NCBI RefSeq assembly: GCF_000485595.1
Contig: NW_014577074.1
Coordinates: 801,902-865,901, forward strand
Reading direction: 5' to 3'
Source of the DNA: Priapulus caudatus
Lineage: Eukaryota
DNA length: 64,000 nt
In this document: in pieces, positions 40,113 to 52,900 of the stretch
How positions within the stretch are numbered: position 1 is the stretch's first letter
Layout of the letters: each line of letters starts with the position of its first letter
Position numbers and translations under genes: made by a program
Notes under the pieces: model-generated
Seen by the model: only the letters and a program-made list of their open reading frames with translations
Told to the model about the DNA's origin: nothing
The model's database searches: none

Positions 40113-40856
40113 CAGTAAAAACCCGCGTATGAAGAACATTAGATTTTCAAGCAACACTGTCTTAGGCTAAAATTTCCCATTTAGACCCCTTTACATAAGA
40201 CCTGTTTTAGGCTAAAATTTTAAAGTAGGTCTCTTATTTTCGCAGTGCAGATGAAGTGACTTATAAAAGAAAACACAGGGTAAAATAAAAAAGAGACGCT
40301 CAACATATCGCATGCATAAACAATTGCCAATGCCACATGCCAATGGCCAATGCTCAACCAATAACATATGGCAGCACCCTGGCATTGCTTTTGAGACGAC
40401 GTACTGCATTACTATTACATTATACAGTAAAAGACTCGCATAAAAGAACACACGTCGATTAAGAACACTTCAGGCGCTGAAACTGCGGGTCAAAACAGTT
40501 TGCATATACATAAGAACACATTCAGGCCTAAAAAATATAAAACTTGTTTGTTATAAAAAAAAGTTGTGGGAAATTTATCTTCAACCATAAAAACAAACAT
40601 GTGCAACAACGTAAAGCTCTCCATATAACACTTATAACATAACACTTACTGTACTGGTAACACATGCATCACATGTCACTAAGCCCGCGCCTAGCGCGGT
40701 TTCAGCTAGTACATATTAAAAGTTAGAAACAATTAAGAACCTATTAAGAACCTTTTTGAGCCTAATTTTTCAGTTGCAGGCCACCATTTATATAAGAACA
40801 TGTTGAGGCTACTTGCGAGAAAATTTCTACTGTTCTTATAACGGCGGTTTTTACTG
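40113..40856. mobile_element. Tc1/mariner-pogo-like MITE with TA target duplication
   Basis: TA|CAGTAAAAACCCGCGTATGAAGAACA ... TGTTCTTATAACGGCGGTTTTTACTG|TA; a second left end at ~40424; repeated TAAGAAC motifs. Confidence 0.7.
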
Positions 40857-41205
40857 TATTGTTATTATCTCGCACTCTCGCGATATCTCGTTTTCGGATT
40901 ACGAGGGGTGTACTATGAATTTCTGCGTGGAATTTGTTGTCGGCTTTTTGTGATAATATCACGTAGTAGCATTATAAATAAAAAATCATTACTAATAGAG
41001 CATTGCGTAGCTATAAATATTGGCGTAAACTACATTATGTTGTAATAGGGATTAAACATATAGCGTTTATGGAATCACTTTATATGACGATATAATGATT
41101 TCATATTACACCCCATACAAAACGTGAAGGCGTGTGTTCTTGGAATTTGATACTCTACTACCAGAATACATCGAGTTATTGTGGAAATACAGACACCCTT
41201 CAAAC

Positions 41206-44200
41206 ATGCAGGTAAATGTCGGATTTCTGTAAAATGGCGCACGTTTTTTCTGTAGTAACTCAGTATTTGTCTAAAATGTACTGTACAGTGTACTGTAAGT
41301 GTAATGTCTAGCGAAATCAAACTCTGAGACTGAGTTTCTAAAAATAACTTCGTCCGATCTTACTCTAGTCTATCTAGCTCCAGGAAACGGTCTTGCTAAT
41401 CACTTTGTATTACAAGACCTGATTGTATGGACAATCAGTCGCACAGCCTCGTCGAGCTACGGCGTAGCCCTTTCGCTCCCGTCACAGTACAGAGCTAGTA
41501 CTAAGTAGTAATAGCTGAGAGGGTCTATGTCCACCAGGGCCACGGTAGGTACTGCCGGAACGTATCCGTACCCTTGGTACGGTCTGGTATACCGGAACGT
41601 ATCCGTACCCTTGGTACGGTCCGGTATACCGGAACGTATCCGTACCTTTGGTACGGTCCGGTATACCGGAACGTACCCTGGTACTATCTCTACGAGTCTA
41701 GGGAGTCGCCTACGCCTACTCTCTAACCCTAACCCTAACACTCGCAGCTAGGGCCTGCATGTACCTCCCACAGTTATACTCGGTCGGGTTTTGAACACAT
41801 TCTAACTCTAAAACTGTTACGTTAAAAATTCTTAAAATAATTACATAAACAGGCAAGACGGTTGTCATTTTGAATACGAAGTTTTATTTCCTATCGTGAT
41901 TCGTAGTTTATTTCAAAAGTTATATCAGCCAAAAGTTGCTACCACGCCCGCTAGATCGCCCGCGCCATATTGTCTATATTTGACCAGCCAGCATTGCAAT
42001 CGAGTCAAGGTAGCAACTTTCGACTGATATAACTTTTGAAATAAACTACAATAGGAAATAAAACTTCGTATTCAAGATGACAACCGTCTTGCCTGTTTAT
42101 GTAAATATTTTAAGAATTTTTAACGTAACAGTTTTAGAGTTAGAATGTGCTAAAAACCCGACCGAGTATAACTTTGGGAGGTATGCAGGCCCTAGCTGCG
42201 AGTAACCCTAACCCTAACCATATCAGATATTACCAGGGTATGTTCCGGCAGTACCCTGGGTGACATAGACCCTATGAGCGCTAGTATACATCAACCTATG
42301 TTGTGATCGGACGAAGGATGTTTACAGCGTGGTCGGCAACGCTGTAGTTCGTAACACAATAAAAAATCGCACTAACCGGCAACATAAACTAGTATTCTTT
42401 AGGCTTTAGCCGGCCAGCTCTCTCTCTCCCTCTCTCTCTCTCTCTGTCTCTCTCTCCCTTCCCCTCCCGTCTCTCCTCTCTCCCTCCCTCTCTCCCTATT
42501 TCCTCTTTCTCTGCCTCTCTCTCTCTTTCACTGTCTTCATGCCTATTCCTTTATTGTCTTCCTTATCTCTGTGCCTCCCCACTTCTCTGTCTCTTTCTCT
42601 TGCTCTGACTGTCCAACTTGTAACTTAATTTGCTCTCATAGTCTCTAGAGCTGTAACGATCCACCGAAATCAAATCGAATCGCGATTCTCTTCCCTCGAT
42701 CCGATCCTCGATACTTTTTCCCGTATTTTCGATCCGATCCAACCCGCTAGTACTTCATACTGTGTGCATCGGCCGAAGCATGTGTGAGAAGCCCGATCTG
42801 ATTGGTCAATAGTCCTGACTCGCCAGTCAGCTAATCAGCGGCTACAGCACATCGCTAATATGTTTACAGGGCTGCAGTTAGACGTGACTGCTCGCGTTAC
42901 ACTGCTTGTCGAGCACGGACCAGTCTAGGCTGCAGTTTCCTGAGTTTAATTATGAGCTTAAAGTTATTTAGTTAAATAAAATTGAGAAAAAAGAAATAAT
43001 GTAATAGTTGGTTAAGAGTTTTTATTGCAAAATAATGAAAATATAAAAAATAAGATAACATTTTATTAAGATTTGGAATTTTCCACTTACCCAATGTGTC
43101 ACCTTCTGCTACCAGTACTCTTTGTAGCAACCAATGTGCAACATGTTGTGGTTGGTTGAAAATTTAAAAGGAAAAATGAATGGTAACAGTGTGATACTGC
43201 AGTGAGGCTATTGACGTTCAGCTAGTACCGCTGACACATTTACATCAACAGTAGTTCTGTTTTAGCTACTGTTTATATAATGATATTACGGGGGTAGAAA
43301 TTAACTTTTGAACAAAGGAGTCAAACAGACTCCCTGCCCTCAAAAAGAGGGAGCCCGCGGCAAAATGAGAGAGTCCGCAGTCTGAAGTCCAAAATTAAAG
43401 ATTAGTTGCACGTCTGCCAAATTTTCTTTGGACATTTGCTGAAAAAATACGGTAATTCCGCGAGGCTGTGCTCTGGAACAAACTAGTTTAAGTTAGTATG
43501 GCAGAATTTTTCAGGGAGTCACACGGACTCCTGCATATGTCAAATCAGGGAGTATTTGACTCCGGACTCGCGTTAATTTTGCACTCTGATATTATATTAC
43601 ATACTAATTTTTACCATTCAGTATTTATATAGATATATATACGTGTGTGTAGGTGCGTCACGATTTATTTGTATTCCTTTCTTTAAAAAATTGTTTCAGT
43701 AACATGAAGAAACCCTTATAATAGTAATGAATTAATATGAAATTGATGCTTAAACCTGCAGAGAATTTATCATTTAGCTTGACTGTATAGTGCCTATTGA
43801 CCTATTTTAGGACCCAAATGCTGACACGGAGTGGAATGATGTCTTGCGATCTAAAGGCATTCTGCCACCAAAGCAAGAGGCAGAAATCACAGAGGAGCAA
43901 ATTCAACAGATTCTTGATCAAACTATTCAGGAAAAGGAAAACAAGAGTAAAGGTGAAAGAATGGTTGAGCACAAATTATTTTTAAGTGTAAATAAATGCT
44001 AGTTTAATTGGAACTAATGCTGGAATGTTGTCATATTTTAAGGAAAATCATATGAAGATATGGATCTTGATGAACTAGATGAATTTGAAGATGAGGAGGA
44101 TGAACGAGTATTGCTACAATACAGGTAAATGCATGCATTTATAAAAATTTAGAGAAACATTAATTATAGAATGATTCAGTTTGAAATTGAATAAAAGGTA

Positions 44201-45668
44201 CATACCATTGATGGTACAAATTCCACTTCAAATTTCTCTCTCTCCCTTCTCTCTCCATTCCTCCCTACTTCCCTCCTCCCTGTCTCTCTGTTGATATATC
44301 TCTATCTATTTATCTATTCATCTATATATCCATCTTATCTATTTATCTCTCTATTAAAGATTTGGATCTTGGAAATCTGTGACCCTGCATTTCTTGATAT
44401 CTTTTACAGACAACAGCGTATAAATGAAATGAAGAAATTACAGGAAAAATCACGTTTTGGTGATGTGAGAGAGATCAGTGCTGAGGATTACACGACGCAT
44501 GTGAACAAGGCAGGGGAGGGAGTATGGGTTGTATTACACCTGTATAAATCTGGGTAAGTGATGCAGTTTATTAAAATCTCAAAAATGTGAAATATGTTCC
44601 TTTCACCAAATGTAGCAATGTTGCTTGCAGGTATATCTATTTTAAGTTGCTAGTGGCCCATGCTGCTTAGTAGGTATTTCTGAGAGGACATTTTAACAGT
44701 ACCCCACTAAAAGTTCAAACCCATATAGAAGTGCACTTCAGTATGAGGTCGGTATGAGCGCCCCTGCTCAATCTTTTTCTGTATAATCTTCTTTGAATTT
44801 ATGTGATATCTACTAGAATTGTACAAAAAAGGGTAAATATATCAGTGAATATAATCACAACTAAATTTGAATATGCTTTTGTTTGAATCAGGATTCCGCT
44901 CTCTGCACTGATAAACCAATTCTTCTATGAACTTGCTGCAAAGTTCCCTTCAACGAAGTTCCTAAAGAGTGTTTCATCAACGTGTATACCAAACTTTCCG
45001 GACAAGAACCTGCCAACAATCTTCATCTATTATGAAGGGGAAATGAAGAAACAGTTTATTGGACCTCATACATTTGGAGGAATGAACCTGAAAAAAGATG
45101 GTAAGCTAAATCAACATTTGTCAACTGGTTGATGGCAACACTTAGTATCCAACTTAAAACAAGAAATTGAAATCAAGTTACGCTTTTAGAGATACTCAAT
45201 TTATGGCAGCGTTGGTGCAGAAGTGTATAATTAGGTTTTTATAAATCTTGACGTGTGCTGCAAATATGGATGGATAGTTGCACTTTTTACTATAATCTTT
45301 TGCTCATTATTTAAAGTAATTTGATGGTAAGCATAATCTTTAATTGCTTTTCCTAATTTTGTTTCGTAAATTTGATTTTTAATCTTTTGATTAAATTTAT
45401 ATCATTTTTGCTATTTTAGATTTTAGTTGATTGTTAGTTATATTTTCATTGATTTGTTTCATGACTCATAATTTGTGGAAAGATAAAGGTGTGCTTACTT
45501 GTATACCTATTCTCCTGCACAGAACTAGAGTGGATGCTGTCAGAAATTGGAGCAGTAAAGACTACTCTTGAGGAGGATCCAAGGAAAAAGATTGTCGACA
45601 TGATGGAATCAGCTGTGCGCGACTCCAGAGCGAGAAACGACAGTGACAGTGATGATAATGACTGGTAG
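41206..45668 (+). CDS. PDCL3: Phosducin-like protein 3 (PhLP2A / viral IAP-associated factor homolog)
   Basis: Exons 41206-41211 (MQ), 43811-43952 ([21 protein letters not shown]), 44043-44124, 44410-44553 ([15 protein letters not shown]), 44892-45100 ([25 protein letters not shown]), 45523-45668 ([24 protein letters not shown]); all GT-AG and in frame. Confidence 0.93.
41520..42273. mobile_element. TIR element with ~37-bp internal tandem repeats and a (CCCTAA)n tract, in PDCL3 intron 1
   Basis: AGGGTCTATGTC..CCAGGG / CCCTGGGTGACATAGACCCT ends; CCGGAACGTATCCGTACC repeats at 41555-41680. Confidence 0.65.
41740..42203. mobile_element. Foldback MITE (~200-bp arms) nested in the CCCTAA tract
   Basis: ACTCGCAGCTAGGGCCTGCAT... 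/ ...ATGCAGGCCCTAGCTGCGAGT, flanked by an AAC direct repeat. Confidence 0.8.
42418..42605. repeat. (CT)n-rich pyrimidine tract
   Basis: Directly visible. Confidence 0.8.
43289..43588. mobile_element. hAT-like MITE (~300 bp)
   Basis: CGGGGGTAGAAATTAAC ... GTTAATTTTGCACTCTG, GGGAGT/GACTCC subterminal motifs, ATATTA direct repeat on both flanks. Confidence 0.6.
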
Positions 45669-47842
45669 ATGGTAGCTGTAATGCTTACACAACAGGGTGT
45701 GAAGTTTAACAGAAATACAAGCAAGCAGTGTTGAATGAGAAATGTATTCGCGGCATGCCTATATCCTGGTTCTCCTGTAGTATATTTGCAACCATAAGAC
45801 TACTCGATAATAAAATGAAGGAAATTCTAAACTCCTTTTCCGACCGTAAATGGTTGGTAACGGGGTATGGTGACCAGTATGATCAGCATAAAAAATAAAC
45901 GTAATTTTGAGACTGGTTACAATTTTTGCTCAAATATAAAAGCCTTCTCATACGGCTATCTGAAACGGAATGCACGTACTATTTTTATTTGAAACGGGAA
46001 GGATTAGAAAATGGGGCAGTTGTTTTTATGCACTGGTGTATTCTTTAAAATATTGTTCAACTTTGAAAGTTTTGCAACAGTAATCCTGCTTATAAACATA
46101 CAGTATCGGATTGGTGTTTTAAAAACGCTATTAATTTATTTAATAAGTAGTTACGATTTATTTTATAGTAACTAAATGTTGTAAAATGTACATTCTATTT
46201 CATCAACTCTGTTATGACAAGTTACTAACAATATTCATATTGTCTTGGCCAAAATATGCTGCATAAAATTAATTGAAAATATCAGATTAGCCCATTTAAA
46301 TTAAAAGAGGATTAACAATTCTAAACGGAGGCAGTTAAACTTTCACATCTCTTCGCATACTGTTGAAGTTGTATTTTGTCTTGGGCAGCGTGATGCCGTT
46401 AGGGGTGCAATAGGGTCGCTCGCATTTCATTAGTAATATTGTCTGCAGATGGCAGCAGGGTATATGCATTTGTAAGTTTATAACTACGAACAATATACGA
46501 CCAGTAGGAGTAAATGTAACAAATGTCACAAATAACGTTGTTTGTATAATCTCCTGATACAATGGTGCATTGTTACACAATGTTAATATATATATATATA
46601 TATAGTAATATTATATGTTGACAACTTGTGTACTCATTGCATTTTGTACATGTAGACTATGCTAGTGAAATTATCTTAGTTTGCCATTATCCGAGCTAAT
46701 TGTGTCTTTTCTATACATTGGGTTTCCTCTTTGCATGACATTCAGTTTTGGGTGAAATATTTTCCATAGATATCGAGTTGGATTTGATTTGATTGGGCAA
46801 TCGCGTGTTAATGTTTTGTCGCGATATGTTAGAGACATTTTGTCATATTTATTCTTGTAGCCATTGTTACCAATCTCTGGTGCTACTAAAGGTAATTTTA
46901 ATTATTAAATTTTTTAATCATTTAATTTACTTTGCACGGTAGTAAAAATATTGCGTAATTTTGATTATTATTAGATTTCAATGATTTCTTACATTTCACA
47001 TTATCTTATTATTTATTTAATATAGCTATGTAAATATAGTAGCAGAAACCGTAAGAATATAGAATGTATACAAAATGTAGTGGCAGCATCATTTCGCATA
47101 TCTAGTTTTTGTGCTAATGTGAGTTTTTGGTATAAAAACCAGCACAGATTGTGTATTTATACCTATCAGTCTGGGTTTAAATAAAAGGAATAATAAATAT
47201 TGTTTTATACCGCATAATAATTGCATCTCTCAATTACTTGATTATTTTTGTGAACACGATACTCTGGATTGGTAATATCACATATCATGAACCTACAGTT
47301 ATGTTATTCGGAAGTTCGTGAGATGAACGTTTTCAAAACTAGTTATACCATATCTGAGTGTAATCAAAAGTTTCTCGTGAAATGTTCTATGTTATTATGT
47401 TTGCCAGAAATTGCACATTTGTTAGCCAGAAGTGGATATTAATAATTGAATGCTGCTGAAAACCGTTATTTTTGTGCACAGTTACGTGCGTGGTCTGCGT
47501 GCGGTGTACTTGTGCGTTACAGATGAGCATTTGAATGGAATTTACAGGAAATTATCGGTAATAATAGGCGAAAGACAGTAGCGAAACATTAAAACTTTGG
47601 TAGTAAATACATTTCATGTTTATTTACCATAATTTTATTATTAAAACGTGCCAAGTGTCGGTGCGACGGTGGTTGTTACGGTTCAGTGTAGACTGTAGTG
47701 TGACTTGTGTCCAGTGAAGTGAAGCGTGTGTCAGGCTCATGTATCGATTGTGCGTGTCAGGCATTCGCGTAGTTGTGTGAGTAGGAGGTCGAGAGAGCCA
47801 GTGCGTAGCGACCACCAACACGTCGCCACACATACACAGAAG

Positions 47843-47908
47843 ATGGCGGAGCATTCGTTGCAGCTTACGGCTGATGAGAAAGCGGAATTAGCGGAATTGT
47901 TCGACACA
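47843..47908 (+). CDS. Probable first coding exon of an EF-hand protein (plastin/fimbrin- or calmodulin-like)
   Basis: AAGATGG Kozak context, MAEHSLQLTADEKAELAELFDT, strong donor GTAAGT; resembles the helix entering a first EF-hand. No later exon recognised. Confidence 0.55.
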
Positions 47909-48496
47909 GTAAGTGTTTTACATCAACAGTGTAGTCGTGGTTTCGTTTTGTACATGTAGTTTTGAATGTTCGCAAATTTCGTCGAATGCGAGTTCGAGTT
48001 ACGTTTTGTTGATATTCTTGTTGCTGCACTCCTAATTCCAAAGTCCGAAAGTTATTGGGAACGCAGCAGTCTGTAGGTACGATAATGTATCCCTAGGTGA
48101 ACAGAACCTGTTCATGCAGGGCTACATCATTTTATCTGTCATGCTGGACTGAGCGTCCTTCTAGAGTTCTAGGAATAAAGCTAGAATGACAATGTAGCAG
48201 GAGAGGTGTGTTGTGGCGTGTTCACTTACACGATTGCATCGAAGTGCTGTTAGTGTGTTACACAATATCTGACAACAGTTGACTATTCATGTGCGCGTAA
48301 ACCTGCTTATTCATAATGATATAGGACGAGTACGTGAGAGGTGTCTTATCGAAATCTAATCTAAAAGGACATTTTCCCACATATTTGAACTGAAGAGTCA
48401 GTTTGACTCGTCAGTTTATGGTGAAGAGACAGGAATTCTAGAGTGGACCTAGCCACAAGTTTCCTTCTCGTTGGCGAGAGGTCCTATGCCGTGTAA

Positions 48497-48776
48497 TGGC
48501 CCTGTCACACCTTGACGACTTACCAACGAAAGCCAGCTTATACCGACGTATGAAAAATTTGGTGAATACGCTGGCGTACGTCGAATAAGTTATGGGTAAG
48601 CTTTGTATAAGTTAAGAGCACGCTGAAGCACGCTGGTATACGTCGTAGTACGGTGAGTACGTCGGAACAAAGCTTACCGATAACTTATTCGACATACGCC
48701 AGCGTATTCACCAAATTTTTCATACGTCGGTATACGCTGGCTTTCGTTGGTAAGTCGTCAAGGTGGGACAGGGCCA
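48497..48776. mobile_element. PIF/Harbinger (Tourist-like) MITE
   Basis: TAA|TGGCCCTGTCACACCTTGACGACTTACCAACGAAAGCCAGC ... reverse complement |TAA; ~110-bp arms. Confidence 0.85.
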
Positions 48777-49038
48777 TAACAGTCGTAGAGCCTGGTCGGT
48801 TTAGAGTCAGTGGACCATGTGTTACGAACTTAGCTTTGTACTATTTTTGAGTGCATGCAGTAGGAGTTCCCTATGCTACCTTCCGTCCTTTGACAGTCTG
48901 ACTACTATGTGTATCTAGTCTAGTATTGGAGCACATAAGTGATGTTATTAGTGTTATTATTGGTCTTGCTGCATGAGAAGTTGAGAACGTTCCTGTTTTA
49001 ACACCAGATACATTCCTAATTATGGTTATTAGCAACCA

Positions 49039-49190
49039 GGATGAGCAGTGGCATAATGGTTAGAACTTAAAAATTCATGTTGATGGGTTTGTCGTTTGCA
49101 CCTGCCTGGAATGCTGTTGCTGTGTCTTCATCCAAGGCACTTTATTTCGTTTTTGTTTCAGTTTACACCAGTTGTAAAATTGTGTACAAA
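49039..49190 (+). mobile_element. tRNA-derived SINE (degenerate)
   Basis: GAGCAGTGGCATAATGGTTAG A-box-like plus AAGGCACTTTAT core. Confidence 0.45.
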
Positions 49191-49380
49191 GTGAGATAGA
49201 TGGGTGTTAATAATCAATGCTTGCACTAATTAAAACCATTGGTTTTAATTGAGAAAAATAGAACCACCCTCACAACACATAATCAATCATTGAAAAGGTG
49301 AGCAGGTCATTTTTAGGAACTCCTAAACTTTACCACCATCTCAGACTTCACTGAGTATTCCATAAACTGGAAAAGGCTAA

Positions 49381-49982
49381 TGCCTGGCGCACATTGCCGA
49401 AAATTTTCCCAAACAAATGTTCGTCCAAACAAATGTTTTTGTCTGGCAATGTGCGGGTGAACAATTGCTGAGCGCACATTGCCGAACATTTTCCCAAACA
49501 AATGTTCGTCCAAACAAATGTTTTTGTCTGGCAATGTGCGGGTGAACAATTGCTGAGTGCACATTGCCGAACATTTTGCAGCGAACAACCTCGTGGCGGC
49601 GTCTAGTAGCTGTGTTGTAAAGAGTCACGTGATCGGTGCATGATTGGGCACAAAAATCATGTGACCACATATCGTGCTGCTATTGGTTACTACTTTACAA
49701 ATGTTCCTAGAATTGTTCGACATTCATCGCACATTGACGAACATTTGACGAACAATGTTCGTGATATCAAACATTTCTGATCTTCAGAAACATTGTTCGG
49801 AACAAATGTTCGGCGACTTTTTTCACCGTACATTGCGAACATTTCATGGAACATTGCTACGATAATGTTTTTGAGCAAAATGTTCGGACGCGACTTTTTT
49901 TCACCGTACATTGGGCGACATTTCCATGGAACATTGCTACGATAATGTTTTGAGCAAAATGTTTGGCAATGTGCGCCGGGCT
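49381..49982. mobile_element. PIF/Harbinger-like MITE with internal tandem repeats
   Basis: TAA|TGCCTGGCGCACATTGCC ... GGCAATGTGCGCCGGGCT|TAA; two pairs of ~80-bp direct repeats rich in AACAT/ATGTT motifs. Confidence 0.8.
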
Positions 49983-52900
49983 TAAGGCTGTACTAGTCCT
50001 ACAAATCAACTGTAACAGACGAAGCAAATAGAAATAGTAAAAGAAATACCTTCTCAGTAATGGTAAAGAACCGGTAGCAAGACAAATCCTCATAGAAACA
50101 AATAAATTTGACCCTGGACACGCTCCACGGATAGATTGTGGTTTTGTTATGAGCTATTCAACCTAATAGTAATACTAGTGATAAGTAGAGGGAAGAAATC
50201 GCCCATTGGAGCAAAGGATACATAACTAACTTCTAAAGGTTGGAGAATCATGGTTTACAACGGTTATAGGAAATTAGTAGTCTTACCTTCGCGCCGAAAG
50301 GATCATAAACAGTGTTTATGCTTGAAAGAGTTTCTGGCTTGAGCAGGAGTTAAGACAATAGTGTAGCCAAAATGAAGACACCAACAAGCAAGCTTCAGCC
50401 AAGATCAATCTGGCACCAAGACTAAATAATATGCCGCGCAACTCAGTAGAGCAACCATCGAATAGAATTCAGCCTTGTATGGCAAACTTTTGTGGATTTT
50501 GAACATTTGATATCCTAGAGAGAGATACGGAGCCATAGACATAACTAGTAGCCTACAGTAATGTAAACTCAACAGGGAGTAGGGGAGTAACCATCTACTG
50601 GGTTACCTTATAAGGTGTTGACTGTGGGTAATATGGCATGGACTGAGCGTGGGTTTAGCATCGTCTTTAGCATGGGCGTGTCGCTGTAAATGATTGGCCT
50701 AGGGGATGTTTTGCTGTTGTCTTCAACACAGGCACTTTATATCGCAAGTTGCTTGCAGTTGACAACGTCACACCCATTTACAATTTTAGATACTATACTA
50801 TGGCCAATGTTAAGTGATCCAGCCTTGAATACAAGAGGCTCGAGTTAAAATTTTGGCAAAATTAATGTAAACACCGTTTTCAGGTGCCGCATAGGCAAGG
50901 CACTCCTAATGCGCCAAACCAGCTATCGATAATACCCTGCAGGGAAGTGACATAGTGGTCGTGTACTCGCCTGTAGCAGAGAAATGATCAGAAGGTTTAT
51001 AGGCACTTGTAATCAGATTACCCTGCCCTTGTGAGTGGTGTCATCAGTCAAATAGTATATTGTTTATAATTGATTTTTGGTTTCAACCTCAGAGTTATGG
51101 GTGCCCTGCATCTTTATTGCGTAGATTTTTATTGACTGATCATTCACTGGCTTTGCACAAACATTTCAATGACCGTTTGATAATGTAATGTACAGTACTC
51201 GTTTCCTAATGTTAATGTAGCGGTCTCTGTGCTGAGAGTACCCTTTACTCAAGTCGGTTGCATTAGGAATGATTGAATATATTATCAAGCGTACATAATA
51301 GTTAGATTATGTACTGAAGTGCCTTATGTGACTGATACTGGTGACTATGTATTATGTAAGTACTCTTGATATTATGTTAAGCATGGTGTTTGACACAGGT
51401 GAGGGTGGAAACGAAATAACAGCCCGAGTGTAATTCACTAAAATGTCACAGGCACGGCATAACATGTATTATCAGGAGTTAATAAAGACAATTGCGTCCT
51501 TTAATTAACTTCCTGCGTAATTATCTGTATGCAATATATCTTCAATGCAATTTATCGTATAATCATCTGTATTGCATCATATGCATCAATTCATCTGTAA
51601 TGCATCTCTATATGTTAGATTGTTCATCATAATGGAACTGTGATTCTAAGAAAAGTTCAGCTATATATTTTTTTGTGGGCAGTACATTAAAAACTCCCTA
51701 AATGTCGATGGCAAGAAAATGCGAAATAATCTATTAATATTGTAGCCACTATCGTATTCAGCAGAGCCGTACTGTGTCAAATTTGGCTGTCTGTATATAT
51801 GCACTGACTGAGGCGATAAAGCTGGTGTTATTTGTTAAATCGCGGGTCAGAATGCGGAATAAATATCAAGGAGTGTAATCAAATTTTTGATACACTCCTG
51901 ATCATATGAGGAACGTGAAACTTTTGGTAGTTAGTTTGTAAGCCTATTAGATCGCCTTCATTAGATAAAACGCGTGCGTCGGTACTATAGCCTGGTAACA
52001 TCGGAGACATATCTTCTTTAGCGGGATTTAGAATACTTTCTATAGCTTTTTAGTGTGTAGAACTAACTGGCGCTAAGGGGTCGTTGGTCGTATCAGGTAC
52101 TCCACATATCATGTTACACAAAGTGGTAGCGCAGAGCTTTGTTACTATAGTAGAAGTGACCGGCTAACCGCTACCCTAACCCTAACCACCCTAAACGCCA
52201 ACGTAAACATACCGTCCTATAAAAATATAACATAATACGGCCTGAGTAATACTACACAAGCCTAAAGACTAGCGCTCTCGGGTAGCATAAATATGATTGT
52301 CGTACCTGATAGCGACAACGACCCTTCGTCGGGGCATACATGGGTCATATGTTTACACGATAACGGTATAGAACGTTACTGTCCTTGGTGTCGCTTTCAT
52401 TGTGTATTCTACCGGCAGCTACAGTATAAAGGAGCATGTAATATTTGCGCATCGCTTATGGCAAAGTGTGACGAATGCTACAGTAACTGGCACTGTGTAG
52501 TTAATAAGTACATTACCTTATAGCCAAAAAACGCGTATTAGTTTGTCCAATATTACACTAGCTAATGTTACCTAACGCAAATGTCTCATTGAACATCCGG
52601 TAAATCTCCGAGTAATGCTGGCGGCCACACGCTATTTATTGCAACAAAATAAGGCATCGATCTTCGGGTTCGCGTGACCTCACATGTTGGCTACAAGGAT
52701 GTTGAGCGAATCGAATTGGTTTGTCCGGGTAATTGTTTGGGCCTAGTGAGGCATATCGCTTTTTCACATATTAATATGTTGGGCTTTGTAATCTCAAGAC
52801 CTTCGTATATTCAGTTTATTCCCGCCGAATCCCAAAGAGTAATAACTAACGTACGGAATGCGGCACTCAGACCACAAAGGATCGAAATCGCCACTAGACG

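Noticed and set aside
41555..41680. CRISPR-like array (also 49390-49570)
   Set aside because: Tandem repeats without unique spacers, inside eukaryotic MITEs, and no cas genes.
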